A DNA stretch of 64,000 nt from assembly GCA_036172245.1 (NCBI GenBank), contig JAYWIR010000013.1, positions 2,542,001 to 2,606,000 on the forward strand, read 5' to 3'. The position numbers were made by a program, and so were the translations under genes. Positions 48,543 through 59,126 of this stretch are shown in pieces; the stretch's first letter is position 1, and each line of letters starts with the position of its first letter. The stretch comes from Raillietiella orientalis (lineage: Eukaryota). The notes under the pieces are model-generated. The model did no database searches. It was not told the DNA's origin and saw only the letters and a list, made by a program, of their open reading frames with translations.

Positions 48543-51099
48543 GCAAATATGACAGGGCTTTCATCCCTTCTTGTATTCTGTTTGTCTAGAGTGATAAAAA
48601 ACTATCAATGAATGTCCTAAAACATAAAACATGCCACATCATTACTAATTCCATATTCGAATTTCAAAGCACTTTCTTTGCCTTGGCACCTCCAAAAATA
48701 GGCAGTCACTCTTAATAATAACAAACCTGCTGCATTATCGATTAACCTAACACGAATACCAGAATGTCAAAAGTAAATTACAAATACCAGAATTTACCTT
48801 TTTCACATTTTTATGACAAAACACATTAGTACCTAGTCTGTACAGAGTTCACTGAGCATGTGACTTCCCCACTGTTACCCTCTCATCTTTTTGTTTTTAC
48901 TCTTTGAATACTCTTCCTAACTCTACTTTTACCTCAGCAAGAACCGAGTCTTCAGATTAAAAGAGAACTTCTCACTTCCATAAATCCTCGTTTAATTCAA
49001 TCTTAATTGTTTGGAGATTTTACTTTTTTTTATATTGATATTATCAGAATGCACTGAAGCAATTCTGGGGCTATAGGCAGAAAACCAGCAACCTATTTTG
49101 CTGACATCCAAAGTTCCCTATTAGCAATCATTTACAACAGTCCAATCAAAGTATACAAAAATTCTGTGTTGAAGTGAATGTTGCATAGATTTTTGTAACC
49201 ATTATCTACCAAATTCCACAGATACAGAAAGGGTACGGGTTGACGAAATCCATGGGAAAAAAAAGTGAATAAAACTCCTAAAACGACACAACCCATCTTA
49301 GGAGCGCGTTCTTTCAGGAGACACTAATCAAAAGTACTAAATCAAGTACTTCCCTTGTAACCAATTATGCAATAAATTAGCAACATTAACATGTATGGTG
49401 TCGGGGCACCATTCTTGTTATCTACTGTCAATCCCACTGAATCGTTTTAAAATACGGAATATCATGAAATGACGTGCTATCAATCAAACCCTTTTCACAA
49501 ACCTGCGAGTCTTCATCAGTTTCTTCCACTGCCGCACTCATAAGGTTTTTTTTTTCCCCTCTCTCTCCCGTTCTGACTTGCGAATACGCACGCTTGAAGC
49601 TTCTCACGAATCGAGCGGATGCACAGCACATACTGTGCAATTACAACAGCAGACACTCGCAGAGCACTAATGCACGAAGTGACACAATTCCACAAAATCA
49701 GTTTGCTGCCAAACGGAGGGAAACACCCAATTTACACGGCATATGGACGACGGTACACTCCCAAAGGAGAAATCCGAAGCACTCTGCACCGCGCCTTCGC
49801 GTGGCAAAAATCGCTCCATCCGCTCTCTCACAAAAAATGACGAACGCTCACTTGAGTACGCAGGGTTGCCAGTAGTGGTTTATGGAATCCCGCTAGAGGC
49901 CTTCCAAAATCGGCTATTTTCCAAAGAAGGGAACTCCTGATTTGAATACCTAGGAATTTATTATTACTATTATGCAATCATTTGATGTCACTCAATCTCG
50001 AATCCCACAGTACAAACATGAAATGCAAGCTGACGGTATGTGCGGAACGAAGCAAAGTTTCTGTTCATTTCGTGATATTCATATGGACTCCTCAGCTTCC
50101 TCACCTATGATATGAGTGAATTCAAATAATCAATAATCAACAAGAAGGTGCAGCTATGGGCAAAATATACCTCCGTAAGTAATGAATTCGAATGAATCGA
50201 GCCATGCATTCGATAGGAGTCAGGATCACTACATCCGTTTATTCGAGCGGTGTAATTCCTTTCCACGAAAAGAGATCGCTCAATGGCTCCGAAGAGCCGA
50301 TGATTAACTCTCGTATATGTGCTGCAATGAGCGAGAAAACACTTGCGCCAGAGCAGATGAGGCGACGGAAGCAGCTGACTTCTGTAACGACTTCGCTGAA
50401 AAGAACCATGGCAATTACAAAATCCAGGAAAACCTCTTGTTCGCATTGTGAAAATTCCAATTTCTTCCTAATTTGGTTACTCTTGCTGAGGCACAGGAGA
50501 TTCCCGTAAGTCTCGGCAAGTTGGCATCGACAGTTTCGAACCCCCATTCTTTTCTGCATTTCAATCGAAGCACTGCTTGCAGGTGCGCTGGTTGCGGTTT
50601 CCCCTTCCAACGCTACTGCCAAAAAAGGGAAAAATCGACGTAATATGCAGGCATCCGTCAGGACATGCTGAAGTTGGTTTGAAATACTCCCTAACTGTCG
50701 TGTTTCCGCTGTGAACGAATGCTCGACTTAAAAGGCAAGGGAATGTCATTCATCAACAGACGTGCATTCAGGTTTCCAGCTTCCGAAACATCAGGACTTC
50801 TCGGAATCGCAGCCTGTAACCATACTTCTCGGGAAAAGCATCTGCGTCCCATGGTCACACAAATAACATACAATGGCCACATTTGATATGCGCATATCCC
50901 ATACTGGCTTACCTGTGACAAGTGGAACTGGTTACATTTATCGCTCTTCACGTTGTCTCACTTGGCCAGCAATAAATGTTGGTACCTGACTTCCAGGGGT
51001 CCGGATGGAAGTGCAGAAGTCAGCATGGTCTTCCGAACCTAGAATCGCATACTGCAATGGCTAACCAAGGACCGAATTTTCACTTCCGTGCCGAACGCC

Positions 51100-52250
51100 A
51101 GCGCCGTTTGGAACGCTTGGATCGGAGAGTCTTTCTTTGTCGCCCTGGTTACACGCATGGCGTTTGAAGTTCACGGGAAACATCTTCCGTAGCGCTCCAT
51201 CGTCAACATTCAGGAATCTCTCAGAAAAAAAAAAAAAACAATTCGGAAATCTCTCACGGTGCCTTAGAGACCAGCTCTCTGGATGTGCATCCAACAAACG
51301 TTCCAACCAATCTTTGCGCAAGGACAGAGGAGGAGCCATCCTTGCTAGTCGAAAATCCTGCCTAGGTAGCGTGCAACACCGCTGCGGCAGCGATTTTTGC
51401 GTGTCCTGATAAGGCAAGTATCTTAATAGGAACGCCATTGCAGTGGGCGTGCAGTACACTCTGGGAACTCCCAACCTTCCCGGTCCGTCGCATGGTGAAG
51501 ACAAAGTGGAGAGCATGGAGCTGGAGGCAGAGGCATCGTCAGAGAAGGCAACCAATACGACGGCTAAGCACGCAGAATGGGCAGCATTTTACAAATGCCA
51601 ACGCTCCGAGACTGAAAAAGAAGAAACCCAGAGGAAGGCGCTCCTTTCTCTCACCGCGCATGCAATCCAGCCCCTCTACCCCATTCCTTCCTTCCAGGGC
51701 AAAAAAACAAACGGAAGTACCGAAGGAATCCCCACAGTTGCGCGGAAGTACGTTGCCAGCAACACACTTTGGCTGCCTACGGAGCAAGTGTCCACCCGGC
51801 AGTAGTAAAGCCGATGGAAACTGCCCACACAGAGGAGCCCGTTCCCCCTCCCTTCCCCCCCCCCCCCCCCCCGAAGAAGCTGAAGAGCAGACCGTCCCTA
51901 CAGAAACGCGCGTGAGGATAGAGCATCTGCGCGTGAGGGAGACCGAGAAATCTATCCCGGAAGAGAGGGGAAAGCTCGTCTTGGCCACCGACGACGTGCT
52001 CGCGGAGCGGAGGGAACAGTCGATTGCCTCGCAGATGGGAATCCATCTTGGAACGGAAAGCGCTGCTCCCAATGGAGCGGAAGAGCAAAGACACGCTCGC
52101 GCTTCCGTGGCTCAGCTCGAGAACTTTGCCTCCATGGATACACCCACCGCAACGGAGAGCCAGAGCAGCACAACATTAGACACCTCCAAAGACGACAGCC
52201 TTGAGTGAAGACGTCAGCGGAACAGCACTCTGGCAAACAACCCTAGCAAA
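51100..52250 (+). pseudogene. Possible very decayed LINE ORF1 remnant
   Basis: Low-complexity Lys/Glu/Pro-rich frames directly upstream of ORF2 remnants; no intact motif. Confidence 0.25.
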
Positions 52251-52479
52251 GTCCAAACAGAAAAGGCTGGTGCTCTCACGCTTGCCACTACATCTTGGCG
52301 CAGTTTCTGTCGTCTGTAAGGGAAATCAGCGTTGCATCCTGGAATCTAAATGGGTGCGGCCAGCCGAGGAAGAGGCAGCAAAAGTGGCTTCTTGACCAGG
52401 AGATTGCCTGATGCCTATATGAAACCGACCAGAAGACCCCAGAAATAGAGAGAGAGCTCAGCCAGCAGTTGGTAGGCGC

Positions 52480-53700
52480 ATCTTCTCGTCAACCAGAGCG
52501 AATCTCGTTGAAAATGGGTTGTCATCCTGGTGAAAAACAAACCCATCGCCGACCATCCTGGACAGGACTTGAGGTGAACATGGCGAAGTCGTTCGTACTG
52601 ACGACTGGCTCGAAGTGGAACCGACGGTCAGACTGCATTCGCTTGGGGGTCCCCACGGGCGGGTACATCAAGTACCTTGATGTTCCGTGGGAAGACTTCT
52701 GTGTAGCAGAAGTCTGGTCCAGTCGTCTCCAAAAAGTAGAAATGGCACTCGGCCCATTCTGGGACGACAAGCTCTACTTCCCAAAACGGACCGCGGTGTG
52801 GAACGCGTTTGCAGCTTCCCTCCTCCGCCCCTTGCTTTTTGTTTGCCCCGTCTCAGCAGCAATTCTCAAAAGGACCGAGTACCTCCTCAGAAAATCTCTA
52901 CAGGGAAAAGGGGGGTCCAGGGTTTGTTTAAAAGATCTCCGTGCTCCGCGTAGGACTGGGTCTCGTTACTCTGGAGTGAATGGAGAGACAGCTCCGACTC
53001 TGCCTACTCGCCCTTGCGTCCAAGCTGTGGACCACACCCTGGTGCGCTTCGGCAAAGAATCGTCGCCAAGCGAGCAACCGGCTGCGAGGGACTGACTTCG
53101 GTCATCGTGGCCAACGAGCGAAGTTTGAGCCATCTTGGCTATCAACTTCCACAGTTGAGAGCCAAGATGGCTCGAACTACGCTGAATGTTTGTCTTGCAT
53201 GAGAACCCCTGGATCTCCGTCCTCTCTGGGAACTGGAGGGCCTGGCTGTAGGATTCCCGTTTTCTCATGGGGAAAGATCCACTGCTCGAGAGAGGGGAGT
53301 GCAGCTGCCTACGGAACAGCAGATACGGGCTCGCCGGCCGCTGAAGGAGTTCCTGGGGAACACCAGGAATCTGCTGCGGACCATGGTCAGCCCCCTCGCC
53401 CCAGTGCTGCTTTCCTTGAGGGGAGCAATGGACAGACAGCTGCAGCGAGGTGAAAAGTGAGGTGTGAAATCCCAAATAAGAAGAAATATCTGGGTGCGTG
53501 CACAACTCGGGAGCTAGCGGGTGCCGCGATCCTGAATGTCCCACCATAAGGACAGCTACACTGGTGAGAGCAACTGGAAAATCCTCTGGAGAAGATAGAG
53601 TGGCCCCCAGCTTGTTGGAACAGTGCAACCTCCCTCCTAAATTGGCCGAGTCGGCGGCCCTGCTGCTGCTGCTCTGGGGCCTTCCGTCTTCCTGCGTGAC
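52480..53700 (+). pseudogene. Decayed family B/C-like ORF2 C-terminal half
   Basis: LEVNMAKS..YIKYLDVP..AVWNAFAASLLRP..KLWTTPWC..LLLWGLP. Confidence 0.75.
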
Positions 53701-54589
53701 GCCCTCACTTTATGAGGATAGCTTTAAGATGGTCCCATCTGGGACTCTTGAAACAGGAATTCGCCAGCATCCTGGCAAGGATGCAGAGGACACGTTCAGC
53801 AAATAGTGATGCGTGTAATTCTTCAAGATGGGGGCTACTTCGGAAGGAGTACGCCCGTGAATCCGAGAAGGGTTCGAAGTCCGTTCCTCTTACGCCTGTG
53901 AAGGTATCCTGAAGGGAACCCTCTCCCTAGTTGTATCCGAAGGGGAACCCCGAAGGAAATCTCCTTCCTAATTCTCTCCGGAGGGACAGAGCCCGTGACG
54001 GGTTCGCTAAATCGAATCTTCTTGGAAGAGAACCGGAAAGGTTCCGTAGCAGGAATTTCTTTTCCGAAGGGAACCCACAAGGAAACCGCTCCTGTTCACT
54101 CCTCTGGAGAGGACCTGGAAGCAATGCTCCCCTAATTCAGAAGGGGCACTGCTTTCCTGGAGGGATCGCTTTCGCTTTCTTGCACTCTCCGGAGGTGTGG
54201 CGACTCATCTTCTCCGTCAGCACGACTTGGAGGGTCCTCACCCGGAATGGGTGAGGGTCCGCTCCTTTAGCAGCTTCTGGAGAGGTGCCTTAACGCACCT
54301 ACTCCATCTGAACGAACCGATGGGTCCCTCAGGTCTAAGAGATCTCCTCTTTGCTGCACGACCGGAGGAGAAGCTATCCACTCCTTGATTCCTGGAGGGA
54401 ACCGAAGGTCGACTCCCATTGTTTTCGCCTTCACAAGGGTCTCCGGTCATAATCGTTGCCACGCCCGAATGTTTGTTGGCCAACCAGCGCCATCTTGCAG
54501 GAGAAACTCGGAACCCAACGATGTAGTGGCGTCATCTTCCGCCGGAGTATTCGATCCCGCGACCCGTGGTCCCACGCGCGGAAGCCGTA

Positions 54590-54914
54590 ACCACAAAGCC
54601 TCCGACGCGGACTTTCTTCCTCTGCTGCCGCACAACCCACATAGGGGGACTGAATTTGGCTACTTCCTGAGGCATCTGTCCTCACTTTTGGCAGCTCACC
54701 CGTGGATCTCCTTCCGCTCCAAAAGCTGGAGAGCATGGAGGCAGAAGGCGCTGGAGTCCTGGGTAACCGCTATGGAAGCGCGTCCATCTGCGCTCCGGCT
54801 CTCGGCAGGTTCTTTCTGTACATTTTGTAACCTGGCAGGATCCCATATGCTACCGCTGGGATCTATGTTTTATTTTTCAATAGATAAATGTCCTGGCACG
54901 ACCGGGTGTCAAAA
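54590..54914 (+). mobile_element. Decayed family B-like 3' fragment with terminal hairpin
   Basis: FGYFLRHLSSLLAAHPWISFR..WRQ; gataaatgtcctggcacgaccgggtg at 54883-54908. Confidence 0.65.
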
Positions 54915-54939
54915 CCTTCCGGGAAGTATTCCAAGGATG

Positions 54940-56312
54940 GGCCTCCGGAGGCGTTCACCTGTTAGTGGAGAACATGTACGGACCGCTATTAAAGAAGCAA
55001 ACTTTTGCAAGGGTCCACATGGACCTTATCAAGAGCAAGATGACGGTGAAGGACGTTCTTATGCTGGTGATGGACCTCGACATCAGCTTGGACGGTGATC
55101 GGCACCACGGAGTGCTCACGGGCATCTGACGTCGGCTGGCAGAGGAGGTCGCTCTCACGTGCGCGGGGTAAACTTCATCCCAATCGACTACGTGGTGAAC
55201 CCGAAGCGCCTGAGCAGCCGTATGCAGAGGACCCGGAAGCTGGACACTGGAATCCATCCTAAGTTCCGTATGTAGGCGAAGAATCTCAGAAGGGAGCACG
55301 CTAAGCCTCGGGAGGTACTCATCTGCATGTCCGAATGGTGCGAGTGCTATCCTCCGTCCCAGCGCTTCGTGGAGATCATCCTGTCCACGACACCTTCGAG
55401 CGTGTGGTTGACTGGGACACCTTGAAGCATAGAATCCACATCTGTTCAAACATGGAGTACGGCGAAGGGAGGGAGATTCACCATCTCAACATATCTCCCA
55501 CTCTGAGATTAGGAAGTGTATCAGAGACGATCTTTCGATGTCAGCGTGAATAAGGACGTTTGCAAAAAAACGACCTCCAAACCCACATCTCTGACGTCCA
55601 TTGCTCAGACCGTGACTGCCAATTTTCAAAGGGGATGAAGGAAGCCTTCCCGTGCACCGAGCGGTCCCACAGAAGGAGTCAAGAGTGGCAAACGGTCACT
55701 CACCACGGAACCACATCTCCGTCCTAAACTCGGATGCAAAGTGGATGGTGAAGATCTGGAACAAAGGAATGAGAAGAACCATGAACTTCGTGATCACTCC
55801 TGCACAGATGTGTGCCATGCCTGGCAGACGCATGTAGAATAACGTCAAGTGTGCCGAAAACATCAAGATGAAAAGGTGTCCACCAAGAGGTTCAGGGAGA
55901 TCCCCTGAACCTTACGCTTTTCGTCATCTACATGGAGTCCTCATCACCTAAGAAGGCCGGCCATTTTCCAAATCTGGAAGAGCTGCTGCAACTCATCTAG
56001 TCAAAAGAGTTCGAAGATGAGTTTCCAACACATACCTCCATGCTCAGAAAGCAGTTCGGGAGCGTGGCAGGAAGGTGGAAGCTTCTGAAAAAGTTCCTGA
56101 ATGTTTTCGTCTCTCCTTCGTCGAATCTGTCACAGCTGGATCAGATCTGCGATCATCTGTAGGAAAAAGGACTGTCCCTTGGGAGCCGCTGCTGATTTTC
56201 AAGGGTATAACCCTGGAAGAAGAAACCATCACTCACCTGACCTACGCCGACGATCTACTGTTGGTTATGTCCCACAAACAGGAGCTGGTGGATCGAATCT
56301 CGAGTGTGTCCT
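54940..56312 (+). pseudogene. Decayed family A-like ORF2 (APE to YADD) containing a foreign insert at 55972-56194
   Basis: ENMYGP, VVDWDTLKHRIH, ISVLNSDAKW, FVIYME, KGIT..THLTYADDLL. Confidence 0.75.
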
Positions 56313-57221
56313 AGGAAGAACCGCAACCCTTGCCTGTAGTTGGAGGTTTCCTGAAGATCCTCTTCCAATCCTTTTTTAAAAGCACGTCATCCAGCTCCGT
56401 AGGTTTTGAAGACCAGTGCCTATTGAGGAATGCGGAACATGCATTTCGTCGGTGGTGAGATATTAGGATGACGTCCTAAGAGGATTCATGTGCGATTCGG
56501 GAATATAGGTTTCCACCGACCCGAATACCAATGAAAAACTCCTTGTTTCCTATAGTGAAGCTTCCATAGTTGAGGTCATTTGAGTAACGGACAGGAGCTA
56601 CAGCTAATCTGTTAAAGCAGTTCTCTGACAAGCATCACAATTTTGCAGTGTAGTACATGCGTTCCTTGTGGAATGGTAGCAACACATATATCAGTGGATT
56701 GCTTGAAGAAGGTTGGAGCAGAATATCAGAGATTTCACGCAATGCCTGCTTCTGCTTTCAACGGAATTATGAGCAGAAAATTTTCCACAATGTGTACATT
56801 GAGGAGAGCGACATGGCACTGACGTGCTTGTTTTCCACCATTCGAAGGGCTCGTGTGCCGGATTCCTCCAGTGTATCCATTTCTTGTTTGCTAGTGGGCT
56901 ACACAAAAATGGTAGTCACTTTACTCTGAAAGGATGAAGGAAAAGCATCTGCCAACTTTTAAGGTGCTTTTAGATATGCGCAAAGTGTTTAGCAGCAAGA
57001 AGACGTGTGTCGTTTTATTACTTCCGGTTTGCATCATTTGCAGCTGTACTGTCACCAAGTGAAAGAAAGTTTTCCCTGCAGACTGAATGGCGTAAATTTG
57101 TTGGATGCTGTTTCGATAGCGACAGATTTTCCATCCGACTCTGCCATGGCATTTGTTAGGAAACCAAATAATAATGAAAGTCCACTAGAGTGTTTGATTG
57201 TGGCGCCACACTTGGTTTCAC

Positions 57222-57790
57222 TACGAGAAACATTGCCACCGATGTCTTCCGCATCCAGTGCCAAGATCGAGTGCTGGACACGTCGGAAGGAAAGCAACAC
57301 TACGCTTCCCACTTCGAACGAGAGTAGCTGTGCTCGGAAGAGCAGGAAAGTAAGCTCGGACATGTGAGAAAGAAGCTGAGCACCGAGCAGCAGGTGCAGC
57401 TCGAAGAGGCAGCCCCCGCGGAAGTAGGAAGCGCGTTCGCAGTGCTGCGGAAGGATGTGGCGTGCCCATCTCCCACTGTCAGCGGCATCTGAGCGCCTAC
57501 AGTTGCACGAGCTGAAGCTCTGCATCCAGCAAGAGAGGAGACTTCCGGAGTCGTTCCGCGGGAGCAGGATGAGATTTCTGACGAAGCTTACCCAGTGGAG
57601 GCTGATCTCCATCCTCAACTCGGACTCCAAGCGGATGGGGAAGATCTGGGCAGAACGTTTGAGGAAGATCGTGACATCGTCCAGCTTCCTCACCCAGACT
57701 TGCGCGCTGCCTGATCGGCTCCCGAATAACAACGTAAAAGTGCGCCTTCGGATACAGCTGCTGCGTTGGTTCTCGGAAACCTCCAGGGTC
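57222..57790 (+). pseudogene. Decayed family A-like ORF2 fragment
   Basis: RNIATDVFRIQ; RLPESFRGSRMR..QWRLISILNSDSK. Confidence 0.7.
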
Positions 57791-59126
57791 AAAAGGTGAA
57801 GGTCACCTCTTGCAAGAAACGAGCATCACTCCTCATGGGAGTTTCTTTCGAGACGACTTCCTCCAACGTTCTCAAAGTGTCGCTCATCCGCTGCTCGAAA
57901 TTTCATAGAGAAAGCTGCTTGTCATTTCAGAGTGGAAGGATTCGTTCGCTCACAGCTTTTAGCAGGAGCATACGAGATGCATGCATGATGCTGATCTCCT
58001 GCTATGAGACTTTGAAAGCTCTTCCCCAGGTGATCAGCATTTCCATTAATGCTTTGGAGCTTTTAACGAATTGAAACCGTACGTGAAGCTCGTCCTTCTT
58101 TCGCTTTGCCTCTTACGCCGCGCAAGTCCGATCCCCGGTTTAGGACAAACAGAGCTCTTCCAAAGCCTCGGCATGCAGTGAGGAAACTGAAATCATCGAG
58201 AAGCTCTGCGCTCTCCCCCAAACCCCAAGTTGTGCGAATGCCAGCCTGTGCGTGATGCTTCAATCGAAGACGGACAGCAAGCAAAGAAGCGGAGCCACAC
58301 GTTATTTGCACTGCGGTCATCAGCGGCCAAGGGAGCTCGTGCACTCACCAGATAGAGCGCCTCCGAAATCTGGATCCAGATTTCTTCCGGACGAAAAAGG
58401 CAAGGAGCGAAACGACAAAAACACAGGAGCGGGCGGTAACATCTTTTGCGAGCATTCTTTGAGCCTATTCTATACGAACGGTGAGTGTCAGCTGCTTTCC
58501 TTTTCGCGAAGGCGTTCGGGCGTGAAGGCTGAAGCGCACAGGAAAATCAGAAGTGAATCGCCAGGCTTTATTGCGGATTTGCTGTTCTTGTCATGCACAC
58601 ACGGGAACACCGAACAAGGGGACAGGGTTATGTTCGGGCCAAACATGGAGGCCGTGAGCGAGTCGTGAAGCGGACGGATGAGCGGCAAACGCGTCATCTG
58701 AGGCCTGCGTTGTCTTCTGAGCTGGGGATGGATCACTTCACTTCCAGGAGCATGCGGTATTCGTCGTCGGTGGGATGAGTGGCCAACTGTTTTGCTGGAA
58801 TAAGAAAGAGAATGTTCTACCAGGCAACGTGCGCCATCTTTCTTCTGATTGAAACCCTCCGCCCTCAGCGAATGCTCGGCGCTCGAGCATTCGTTGCCCG
58901 CTTTGGCTGTTCGCAGCACGCATGCTCATGCGAGTTCTCCGGAAATGGAGAGCCTAAGGGCGCGGTGACAGGAACGGGCGACCGCCTCGCAAAAATCGCA
59001 GACTGGAAATTTGGTCACGTCATTGCTGTTGCACGTCCGCGCCATCCAACTGCTTGTATGGGCCGCCGTGCATTTGCACACAACTCTTCTTACTGTTCGC
59101 AAGCGAACCTCGCCGCAGGAAGATAA

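Noticed and set aside
49400..50960. Possible host exons or a transposon end (cagggttgcca at 49861)
   Set aside because: No consistent spliced frame, partner TIR or recognisable protein could be established by eye.
11350..54914. Recurring hairpin repeats as a CRISPR array
   Set aside because: They are LINE 3' termini, kilobases apart and irregularly spaced; no cas genes; eukaryotic context.
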